A stretch of DNA of 52,977 nucleotides, taken from assembly GCF_001194135.2 (NCBI RefSeq), contig NC_068981.1, forward strand, positions 41,064,054-41,117,030, in the 5' to 3' direction. Below are positions 1-12,600 of the stretch, piece by piece (within the stretch, counting starts at the first letter, position 1; every line of letters starts with the position of its first letter). The DNA is from Octopus bimaculoides. Its lineage: Eukaryota. The notes beneath the pieces were generated by a model. That model saw only the letters and a list, made by a program, of their open reading frames with translations, ran no database searches and was not told the origin of the DNA. A program made the translations under genes and the position numbers.

Positions 1-236
1 GTGCGGGTGGCACATAAAAGACACCATTTCGAGCGTGGCCGTTTTTGTGCGGGTGACACGTAAAAGCACCCACTACACTCTCTGAGTGGTTGGCGTTAGG
101 AAGGGCATCCAGCTGTAGAAACTCTGCCAAATTAGACTGGAGCCTGGTGTTGCCATCCGGTTTCACCAGTCCTCAGTCAAATCGTCCAACCCATGCTAGC
201 ATGGAAAGCGGACGTTAAACGATGATGATGATGATG
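1..236 (+). mobile_element. 3' UTR/tail of an RTE-type LINE (5'-truncated, cut by the window edge) ending in (GAT)n
   Basis: Near-identical to 23115-23296; the same tail follows RTE ORF2 remnants at 1095-1915 and 9240-10426. Confidence 0.8.
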
Positions 237-509
237 AATAGTGGTGATGAATGCCACTTAGCAAGTATCTGTCCCACTCATGGCAAAAGGGACATAGAAT
301 AACTGAATATTAATTTCCTATTAGGTAGATAATATTCGTATGAAGGTGTGTAATCAAGAATTCAATTCAATAAATCTTTTAACAAGCGCCAGCAATATAT
401 CAGGGATATGAACCAACCTTCTAAAATAAAATATGGTAAAATCATTCTGTGTGAAGTCTTAACATGTTTCAAATCCTATTCTAATTGAAAACTATTATTT
501 TCATTTTAG

Positions 510-690
510 TGCCGACAAAAACTTGTGTTACGTCAACAACTTATTGCAGAGGATATTAAAATTGAGAAAGGATTTTTTGCTGCTTGCCATAATGACATTG
601 AGCAGTATTCTTGCTTGAAAGATTCTAAAGGTTCTGCAGTGGTGCAAAGGGCTTCAGTGATGCTGTGTTTGGAGAATAATATGAAAAAAG
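510..690 (+). CDS. GLG1: GLG1 window exon 1 (CRQKLVLRQQ...CLENNMKK), phase 0 to 1
   Basis: ttttag acceptor; AAG/gttatt donor (weak); frame continues into 2263. Confidence 0.85.
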
Positions 691-3600
691 GTTATTTACA
701 TTTTAAAGAATGAGTTTCAGTTTTATTTGTCAAATGCTCAAATTTTACTAGACACACTGTATTATGTACTTCATCTTTCTAATCCTTTCTTCTTCAATAG
801 TAGTTGTTTTAAAAACTATTCAGCTGCAGAACATCTGGCAGAAATAATGCTTGCACTTATAATATAGGTTAAGTTGAATTGGATTAGTGATTTAGTCTCC
901 CATTAATTTTAAGACTATTGTAGTGACAAAGTTAGAATAATTGAAAGAAAAAATAATTTAAATAATCTTTCTGGCTGTAGTTTAAGTTTTGACATATACC
1001 TAAACATGTTTTTTTCTTTCTTTTTTTCCCATCATATTTGTTGAAATGGTTCCATGCAATAGGGCATCTATATCAGTAATTGCCATAGATATTAGAAAAG
1101 AATAAGACGGAGACAATTCAGAGTGCTTCTATTTCTGTTGGCAATCAAAGGTTTCCTTCTCCAAGTGAAAGGAAAATTATATGATGCATGTATACAAACA
1201 GTAATGTTACATGGTAGTGAGATATGGGCCCTGAATGCAGAGGACATGTGAAGATTAGAGGAGGAATGAAGCTAGTATGCTCTGCTGAATATGCAATGTC
1301 AGTGTACATCTATGACAGAGTGCTAGTGTATTGAGAGAGAAGTTTGGCATAAGAGGAATTAGATGCAGTGTGCCAAAGAGAAGGCTGTGCTAGTTTGGTC
1401 ATGTGATGCTTGTGAATATAGACAGTTGCATAAAGAAATGCTGATCACTTAAAGTGGATGGAACTTGTGGAAGAGGGAGACCCAGGAAGACATGGGATGA
1501 ATTACTGAAGGCCAGTCTCAAGACACTAGGCCTTATGAAGATGACAAAGGACAGATATCTGGTGCCTTGCGGTGCAGAAGACCTGCCTACCACAGCAGAT
1601 AAGCCACTTGGTTAATGCTCCCCTACCAGCTGAACAGATTTTTGGTCACTATTACTCAGTGACCTTGTCAGTGCTGGTGCCATGTAAAAAGCACCTGTAC
1701 TCATGCTAAGTAAGAAGCACCTGTGCTGGTGCCAAGTAAAAAGCACCCACTTTACACTCTGTAAAGTGGTTGGCATTAGGAAGGACATCCAGCCGTAGAA
1801 ACTAAACCGAAACATGACTGGAACCTGGTGCAGCTCTCCAGCTTGCTAGCTCTAGTCAAACTGTCCAACCTATGCCTGCATGGAAAATAGACATGGAATG
1901 ATGATGATGATGATTGCCTGAGGGTGTCTTAGACAAACTCTGTCAATAAATTACTCTTTGAATTTTGTTTAAGAATTAGTTGACAGGTATTTGTATTTCT
2001 ATCTATACTTGGAATTTTCTTTCTCTAATCTCCACTTTATCCATTAGAGTTATGTGATTTATTTGTTATGAATTTTATTTGGGATATTTTGATCTTCTTT
2101 ACAATTTCATTTACACAACAATCCTTGTTTAGACCAAAATAATCTCTTTTATAAGTTTTGATGCAGAATCTTTGTTAATTTAATAATATTGACAATTTTA
2201 TCCTTTGAAATTATTTCATTTAAATTAGCAAATGAATTCCTTTTCATCTTATTTGTCAACAGGTATGCCAATTTCATCTGAATGTACAGCAGAAGTTGAT
2301 GATATGAGAAAAGCAATAATGGAAGATTTTCAGATTACTCCTGAAATTGTGATAAATTGTGATGTTGAAATTCGCCAGTATTGTAGTGGAGGCAGCAATA
2401 AAGAAGGGAAAACATTACATTGTTTAATGGAATTATCACGACCAGTCCATTTTAAGGGTACCCTTAAATTAAAAAAGCATATTAGTCAAGAATGTGAAAC
2501 TCAGGTAACATTTTAACTCTTTGTTTTTTGACGTTTTCTTATTTGATTATCTTAAATTTTACAAAATTCATATTAATTCTTTCTGTTATATCTAAAGTTC
2601 CTGTAAGATGTTTATTGTTTTGAACTCTGTCTTTTTGAAGGGGAGTATCTGTGGTAAGGAGCAGATTGGGAGATTAGTATTTCATTATTTATACCAATTA
2701 TGTATGTTCATATGAATTTTTAACACTAAGAGTAGGCAAATAAACTGCTCATATTTTCATACAAGTGAACATTTTCATCTTCTAAAAAAAATCATAACAC
2801 AATGTCCTCTTGAAGTATTTTCTGTCTATTGAGATTCTGATATTTTTGGAAAAATTTTTAATAAGTTTTATTCATTTTGTCTGTCTTCTTTAGTGTAGAA
2901 GCATCAAGCTTTATCTTTAAGAATTAATTTTATGTTCCATCAAAGTTACGGTTATCATAACTACAGGGAAATATCCATGATCTAGGGTACATAATTAGTA
3001 TTTTTTTTTGTTTGTTATATTGATCTAGAGATCAGTATGACAAAATTCTAATTAATAAGGAAATAAAACTCCAGTATTGGATGAGAAGTTGTCTTGTACA
3101 GTATCTAGAAAGAATCCTAATATACTGTGTTCATAATAGATAGTATTGTTTTGTCTCAGATTGTCAACTAGGATTTCAAGTCTGTTACATATGGAGTGGT
3201 ACTTAGAAACTTCAGTGAAATGGTGTCCTTGAACTGTTTAGCTAGTTTGCTAGACAGATAAGTGGCAATTTATTTCACTATAAAAAAGGCTGCAGAAAAA
3301 TGTGTTGAGCAATTAGCAGTACACACTAACACACAAAACCAATGTAAGTATATAGGATAGCTTGGTAATATCAGTATGCGGTTGATAATTATTAGCATTT
3401 TAAACAAATATACATTAATGTTATGCATGGAAACAAAACTGGCTAAGCAAATCAATACTTAAATGTGTATTTCATTGTAAAATAATCTCATGAATTCATA
3501 TATACATTTTCCACATGTACAAAACTTACAGTTCTTTGTCAGCTGACTGTAATGTATATTAGATGTATATATTGCAGTCAATCAGTTGTGGTTATTGAAA

Positions 3601-6600
3601 AGTAGTTGATCAGTTTGTTCTGAGGAGATTGTAGTAGTACATTGCTGTGATAACTATGGTTCCAGGTATTTGCTACACTTCATTAGCAGTGATGACTGGT
3701 ATTTGTTTCAGTCAAAATACGTTATTATATGAATGCAAATAAATAGTAGCAAACTTGTAAATAGTATCCACAAAAAGTAGTGTATGACTTCAGTACAAGT
3801 CAAGAGGCTCGAATCAAAATTATTAAAAACTCAAAGGAGGGCTTTAGTGAAGCCAATGTTTCTAGAGTAAAGGAGTGGAAAAATTTAGCAAGTAGTGTTT
3901 TTTGTTAGTAAAAAGAGTTTATCTCATTGTCTGGAAGACAAACTGTATGAAACATGATGCTGTAAAATACTGCTACAGAATTTTGAGTGTGAAAGATCTG
4001 TAGAATCTAGAGAAAAGTTTGGCAATTTAGATTTGTTGGATGTGTAATGATAATCTATTACGATAAAGTACAAATCAGCTGAGAAAGTGGTTAGCCAATA
4101 AAAAGGCATCATCTGATGTATGCAAGAGGGATGTCAGTGATGTTGTGCATGCATTGTATAAATCAGTGGTTCTTGACCAGAGTCCATATAAGATTTTGTT
4201 GTTAAAATTTATGTACAATAAATTGTTTATACTTCTACAATACACAAAATATGTTGATTTTTTATACAATTCCTAATCTGTCTATATACTACTAAAATCT
4301 GTGATTGCTTACTTACTGGCTTGTCTGTCATTTAATACTCTGAATGTAAAGTACATCTGAAATGTGAATACAAATGGAATAAAACGAGTTTCATGTAAAG
4401 TGGACCACAGATTTCCGAGATAGGTGGTTTTTTGTGGGGTGCCTTCATAAATAGCCAAAACGGTGCATAATGGGAAAATACTCTGAAAGTAACATAACCT
4501 TGAAATGGGAAAATTGTCTCCATTAATTTTATGTTCACATAATGTAACAATTCCTTTTGCATTTTTGTAGAAGTGTGCACATATACTATAAATAAATGCT
4601 GTTACTGGAGTTCAAGTTTATCCCAGAAGTTCTATTTCTATTAGATGCTGTAAATAATCGATAAAACCTTAAACATGAACTTGTAAACCTGACCTATGAT
4701 GATATGAACGAATTGAAATATTTAACTGAATCATCATAAAATTAACTTTCATTTCAATGCAATGTTGAAATCAGCTTCAATGTTTTATATAACCTGAACT
4801 ATCAGTGACCCAACAGGTCACAGGCAGTCTAGTAATATTTAATTATAAAAATACATTAGGATTTTTTATTATTATATTCATTGAATGGCCATGGAGGTCC
4901 AAGAGAGTCAGATAGGAATCTAAGGGGTCTATAGGCAAAACATTATTGAGAACCATTGGTATAATTGGCTGAAAAGTAACATTATACTGTGGGACATGAA
5001 AATATTGTTGATATGTGTAATTGCAGTTGAATTGTTAAGATGAAAAATTACCTTTGTACTGGCAATATCTGTGCAGAGTTTATGAGAGATTTTTCATTAA
5101 TTATATTTCAAGCATTGTCATAATAGAGTATGAATTCTTTTATTACATTTCAGTTAACTAACCTTTTACATGAGGCTGATGTTGGACAAGATTTCCGTAT
5201 TGACCGTGCTTTACAAAAAGCATGTCAACCTGTTGTTGATGTTGCATGCAGAAGTATCCAGCCAGGTGATGCAAGGTTAGTCTGATATTTAACTAAAGCT
5301 TTTTATTGACACATATTATTCAAAAAAGATTCTTCAGTCATTATGAATTTGAGTTTTTGTGTTACTATTTGGTATGTTTTCCCCATGTTTTATATTTAAA
5401 AAAAAATCTTTTTAAATATTTTGAATAATGCTATGCAAGCAATAAATAATTGCTTTCAGAAAGTTGCCTTTCAATACAAATTAAAGGAAAAGTGTTTCTA
5501 CAAATATTTTACCATTTTTAAATTAATAGTATAATAAACTTGTCATTTTCTATTATTTAAGAATTATGAGTTGTCTGATGGAGAAACTTGGAACAGATAA
5601 AATGACTGATGAATGTGAAGAGCGTTTGATTGAAATTCAATATTTCATATCAAGAGATTTTAGGTAAGGAAACAATTTTGTTTTGCATTTTTCAAATTTA
5701 TTTTGATAAATTATAAAATATAAATTGCAATCACCTTTTTAAAGGTTTGTTGAAACCTTTTAACCTATGCTGATGACCTCTAGGAAATCTCTGATTTTGG
5801 TGCTGTTTTGATTCTTGATTGATATCTGTTTTGTACTTTTCTCTGTGACTGAGTCAATCTTCACCTTGCATTGGAAGATGGTACAATTGAAATAGAAGAC
5901 CATGCTGTTATTGTGACAAAGCTTTATTCATTTTGACTACAACTTATAATTCTGTTAGCACCTGAAAGTAATAATTGTAATAATCCTCTATCCCTGTCTT
6001 AAAACCCAGCTCCATCAAAATTATTGTTTTTTTTTTCAACTACATGATCTTCAAAGTTTACTGTGTTATTTGGAATGGCAGAATCATTAGAACCTTGAAT
6101 AAAATACCTTATGATATTAATTCTGAGTTCAAATCCAGCCATGACTGATTTTACCTGTCATCTTTTCTAGGGGTAATAAAATATCAGTCAAGTACTGAGA
6201 TTAATATAATTAACTGTTATCCTCACTCAAATTTCTGGTCTTGTACTTTTAGTAGAAGCTGTTACTAATGTATTTTAGTTAGTTCCTATATTTGTTTGGA
6301 TTTTGAATAAAATAATTTAGTTTTTTTGATGACCTATTAAATTTAGTTTGTAATATTTTATCATGTAAAGTTGCACAAGAATGCATTTATAAGAGCTAAA
6401 CACCAGTTGAAATCTTGTGTAAATAGAAACACCAGAGATTAGTGGGCTGTTCAGTACATTAATTACAGACATGGTGAAATTAAAAAATTATAATTGACTG
6501 TATTTTTGAGATGAATTATTACTGTGACAAATACACAAAAGATGAAACTGAATATCTGAAAAGTTTTAATCTTAGAAATATTTTCAGTTTAACAAAAATA

Positions 6601-9600
6601 AATTTTTTAAAAATTTATTATGATCATAAATTCTATTACAGACTTGATGAACAAGTTTACAATCATTGTCATAAAGATGCAGTGAGTCTGTGTCATGCAG
6701 ACAAAGAATGGTATAATCCAAGAGGTCCTAACAATAGTCCACTCATCTTGCCTTGTCTGTACAATTTCATGAAAAGAGACTCAGAATTGCAACAGGTAAG
6801 TTTTAAATGCTTCATCTTCATTTGAAGTTCACATAAATTAGATTAAAATTTCTTGGTGTCATCAGTCTGCATATTGATATTTTCAATGACATGCTTACAA
6901 CAATGAAAGAAGTTAAACAATAGTCAATAGTAGAAGACACTGAACTTAAAAGGGGCATCCAGCAGAACAAATTTCTGTACAATAATGATATGCAGAGGCA
7001 TAACTAGGGTGAATGGTGCCCAGGGCAATCATCAGAATTGCCCCCCCCCCCCCCNNNNNNNNNNNNNNNNNNNNNNNNNNNNNNNNNNNNNNNNNNNNNN
7101 NNNNNNNNNNNNNNNNNNNNNNNNNNNNNNNNNNNNNNNNNNNNNNCACCACCACCAAAAAGCAGCACATGCATTTGGTGAGGTCAATTAAGAACAACAA
7201 TTCTGTCTAGTGGTGTGGATGGCAATAAGTAAAACAAACCATGCCTGGAAAGCTGCTTTTAATTTTTTTTAATGGCTTAATTAGAAGATGATCTTGACCA
7301 AAATGGTGCCCCTCCCCTCAAAGTGGAGCCCAGGGCATGTGCCTTGCTTGCCCCACCCTAGCTATGCCCCTGATGATATGAATAATGAAACATAACAAAG
7401 ATGTAAGTTATTGAATAATCCAGAGAACAATTAAACTTGGACAAAAGATTGGCTAGTTAACATCTCCATTTTGATCAGTTAATATCTTTAATCAAACCTG
7501 TGGTTAGAACAGAACCTCAACATAGTTGTGTACCATAGAACGGTTGTTCATTAGATACTAAAATAAGAGGAATTATTCTAAATACTTTTGAAATGACTTC
7601 TTAGATTATTAACTTTAGATTTTAATACTTTACTCTTTGGCACTAGGGAATATATTACTAGTCTTACTATCGTCTGCACATTGTAAAACATCATCGTTTA
7701 ATGTCCGTTTTACATACTGACATGGGTTAGATGGTTTGACAGAAGCTGACCAGGTTCCAGTTGTCTGTTTTGGCATGGTTTCTATGACTGGATGCCCTTC
7801 CTAATGCTAACAACTTCACAGAGTGTGCTGGGGGGTTTTTATATGTACTACTGGCACGGGCACAGGTGCATTTTTACGTGGCATGGGCACAAGTGCAGTC
7901 TACATAGCATTGAAATGAGTACATTCTATGTAGCACTGGCAACTACAAAGCAAAGACCTTTCAGCTGAAAGAGGGAGTGGGGGGGGCATGACTGTAAATA
8001 AATATAATTAAATACCTACAGACCCAAGTTTAACCTATATTCCCAAGTAACGCTGCCTATAAAGAGAAAATATTCCACCCAAAAATCTGGACAGTATTCC
8101 ATGTTGACTTTGTAAAAAATTATTTAATATAAGCTTGTACTTTGGTGTTCCATCTCAACATTAATTGCTTCTGTTATAGTCCAAGGCCAACCAAAACCTT
8201 GTGATTAGATTTGCTAGATGAAAACTGAAAGAATCTCATCATTATCATCAGTGTGTGTTCATTTTCTCCTTGTTTTGACATCACATAGTAGTTTCTGATC
8301 TTCTGTGAAAACGTGTCTGATTGAGGGAAATTATCTTGGAAACAGGTGAGTTCTAGCAACAAGAAGTGCATCCAGCCATGGAAAGTCTGTCAGCAAATTC
8401 TGTCTGACCTATGCAAGCATGAAAATATGGACATTGAAATAATGCAGATGAAGCTTGCTAAGGAAAAGCATATTAACACATGTCTAGTTAGCAATGTATT
8501 TGTTCAGAAAGAGAGCACTGCTCCACATTTCCTTAAGAATGATACCATAGTAATAATTTTTTCTTTTCTTTTAACAGGTTTCACGTGCATGTAAGCATGA
8601 AATCAAGCGTGTTATGAGACAAAGAGCACACAGTGTAAATTTAATGCCTTCAATTCAAAATGCTTGTCTGCAAAATTTGGGGCAGTATTGTTCATTTGAA
8701 ACTGATAAAGGACAGGTGAGAATGTGAATTTTGGTTTGTGTTTTCTTGAAATGTTTATTATGTTTCTGCTATAAGTACTTGACAGTTTAGTCACCTTTTA
8801 AAAATAACAACTCACAGAGACAGCACATCTCAAACAAACAAACAAACAAGCCCACAACACTAAAACCCTTTTATTTTTCGAATAAAATACAGTTCAAATA
8901 CTGAAAAGATAGGCTTTTAATTTTTTTCAAATTCTTTCAAGGAGATTCCATATTCTTCACAAAGAATACACCAAAAGTGGGGTCTTTTCTTGTTCAGAGT
9001 CAGAAAATACTTGAAACTTAAATTGCTGCTAACTTTCTACAAAGTATGACTACAATCTACTCTAGAATTCTGCTCACACATCTTGGAGGAAGTATATGCT
9101 TGTGAGTGCAAAAAGATACATATATAAACCTTTATCTACAACTAGCTCATAATGTAGTTATAGTTCAATCATACTCACTGTTACTAAAACAATCTCTATT
9201 CCTCTGAATTGGACAGATCTGTTCCCTTATTTAAATTTATTTGTTCATCTGCATGAAAGGAAGGTTAACAGGGCAGAGTTTTTGTGTGTGGAAGGTGCGC
9301 AGGTACAATAAACACCAAAAATGTGCAGAAGATAGATTCCATAACATGGGGGAAAAACTAGAAGTAGTCGTTAGCTTCCATTACCTAGATGTCCAAGTCA
9401 GTAGTGGGGGTGGATGTTCTGAGAGCATAGCTGCTTGGATAAGAATAGGCTGGGCAAAGTTCAGAGAGCTCCTATCTTTGCCAGTAACTAAGGGCTTCTC
9501 GCTCAGTGGAAGGCAGACTGTATGATGCCTGTATGTGAACAGCCATTCTACACAGCAGTGAAACATGGGCTGTGACTGCTGAGGACATACATAGGCTTGT

Positions 9601-12600
9601 AAGAAATAAAACTATTTTGCTCCGCTAGATGTGTAATGTCAGTGTGCATGCACGTCAGTGTAAGCGTCCTGAGAGAAAAGTTGGACATATGAAGTGTCAG
9701 ATGTGGTGTGCAAGAGAGACGACTGCTGGTATGGTCATGTGATGTATATAGATGAGGACAGATGTGTGAAGAAGTGTCGCCCTCTAACAGTGGAGGGAAC
9801 CTGTGGATGAGGTAGACCCAGGAAGACATGAGACAAGGTGGTGAAGCACACTTCAAATGTTGGGCCTCACAGAGGCAATGATAAGTGACCGAGACCTTTG
9901 AAGAAACATTGTGATGGAGAAAATCCATCAAGCCAATTGAGATTGTAGTCATAGCTGATACTAGTGTCACATAACTGGCGTGTTAAAAACACCTTTCAAT
10001 CATTGGCCAAGATGCTGTACTTGTGAAGACCTGCCGAACTCAGTGAAATCATAGTCGTGGCTGATGCCAGTGCTGTCTGACTGGCACCTGTACTGGTGGC
10101 GCATAAAAAGCACTGTTTGAGCATTGGGTCTCATGGAGACAGTGACAGGTAGCCAAAATCTTTGGTGATATACCATGCTTCTGTAGACCTGTTAAGCCAA
10201 GTGAGACTGTAGTCATGGCTGATGCTGGTGTAAGGTCATTGGCACCCGTGCTGGCGGCACATAAAAGATATCCACTATACTCTCGAAGTGGTTGGTGTTA
10301 GGAAGGAGATCCGACCATAGAAACCTTGCCAAATCAGACTGGAACCTGGTGCAGCTCCCCGGCTTACCAGTTTTCAAACTGTCCAACCTGTGCCAGCATG
10401 GGAAGTGGACATTAAATGATGATGATTTCCTTGGAATGATGGAAACAAGGTAGACAACCATTAAGATTTGAATTTATAACACAACCCAACTAAAACTACA
10501 AACTACTTAGCATGATACTCTATTAGTTTGACCAATTTTGGAGAGATGAGAAACACTTCTTGCATTTTATTTTACCATTTTAAACAAAAACGAATGAAAC
10601 ATTTTTCTGATATTTTCCCTCTTTATGCTTTTAAAAATTAGTAAGACCTTTATTTTAAATATTATGTCAGCATTAACTCATGTCCAAGCATTAAATCTAT
10701 AGTGAGTGAGTGAGCTTCTTTATCTTGATTTTAAATACTAATTAGTTAACAATGAATTGGAACAGCTATCTCTTGACAGAACATTTTTTTTATTGTTTTA
10801 TTGTAGCATTTACTCAAGCAGCTGCCAAAATACTAGATATAATATTGTTGATTTGTATAAAATGTGCAATTAAAAATGTTTACATTTTTTTTTATCTAGG
10901 AAGTAAGATGTTTGCAAGATAATTATGAGAAATTATCTGATGAATGTCAAGAAGCTGTACGTACCTTTACTGAAGATGAAGATGAAAACATTGAGCTGGA
11001 TGCTATTCTCATTCGAGCATGTACACCTATGATAAAAAAATTCTGTGAAGTAAGCATTTTTATGAAATTATTATGTAAATGTTGTCTTAACAACTTTTCT
11101 TTTATTTCCACATTTTTTCTTGCCAGATGACTTTATTTTGTAGATTATTTGAACAACCAGCTGAGCTGATTAGTAGTAGTTTGTATCCTATAACTAATGT
11201 TGCATTGTGCCTCTGACCAAGATAATTTTTAAAACCGGAGTACACCTATCTGCAAGTAAATAGTCCAGTGCTGTAAAATCAAAAGTTTTTGCTAGAGATT
11301 TCATAACTTCAACAGAAATATTAATGCACATGTTGGGAAACACTCAGATGGGTAAATGTACATCTATGCATCTTAGAATGTAAATGAATTTAATATCTGC
11401 AACACAATCATTGGAAAATCAGATAATTATATATTTCTCAAATTAAGCTGAGATTTACATTGATTTTTCTCCTTTACAGGAATCTATACATAGAAATTGT
11501 TGCAAAAATGTAAGCAATGTACTCTGAATAGCTTATTGTTTTGGGGTAGTAAAATCAGTGAGGATAAAGACATGGAGAACATACTGAAATGATGGCATTT
11601 TAAGGGTCAGTTCATGCATCTATAATGAACACCTGAATAGAGAAACTGCATGTAGAAAGAGACTTCATTGAGTAGAAAACTTGTGCATATTTTTCAGAAG
11701 CAACTAACTACCTGTTTTTGTGGTGGCACAGTATATAGAAGCTTGGCAGAAAGGCAACCATAGAGAAGTGTTTGCCTGTGTATGTGGGGTTTAATAGTAA
11801 AAATGGAGGGTGGAGTACCATAAGCAAAATTTTCAGAAAGACATACAATTTTGAATATGAAAACACTATAAATTCACTCTGGAAGAAAATGATTAGTGAA
11901 TGTATTTAGGTGACTTCCACTTTGTGATTTGCAGTTGAACTGTTAGCAGTAAGAAGGGTATCTAAGTGTAAAAAGTTTACTTCACAAATATAATCTGCAA
12001 GCATGAAAAAATGCAAGTGAAACTTAAAAATATCTCTTCCAACTAATTTTGTTTTCCACAGTTCTTAAAATTAATAGTATTTTTTTTTTATATATGTAGC
12101 ATGATTTAAAAAAAATGTTCATACTTTTATCAGATTGTTCCAATAAGATTTTGTGTTTCTCTATCAAATACATTGATAAATCTAAATAATTTTCGTTTGA
12201 GTAAAATTAATTAAATTTTAATCTAAGGATCAATTAGATAATGATGTCGATCCATCTGAAGTAATGGACTGCTTAATTGAACACAAACATCACCAAGATA
12301 TGAATAGAAAATGTGGTGCTGGAGTTGAACATCATCAACTGGTAAGTTACTATTTCTTTATCTTAAAGTAACTTAAACAGTAAAAACCTTTGTTTCTTCT
12401 CTTAACTGATATGTTGCTAATTTGTATTCTCAGTGGGTATCATTGTGAATTTTTGAAAATGCTTAAATCTAACTTCTACTGTACCTTTTCTTGGAGAGCA
12501 TCCAAAAAGAAACATTTTGATATCTCATTTGTGAAACTTGGTTGAATATTGTAGGAAACATGACAATTTGAATGATCAGTGAATTGGTCAAAATCTTGAC

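Noticed and set aside
3790-4010. Open stretch EARIKIIKNSKEGFSEANVSRV resembling a transposase HTH
   Set aside because: Resemblance too weak; no TIRs or catalytic motifs found
8288-8351. Strong donor CAG/GTGAGT inside a GLG1 intron
   Set aside because: It lies in a decayed SINE tail, and the possible exons (55 or 58 nt) are frame-shifting
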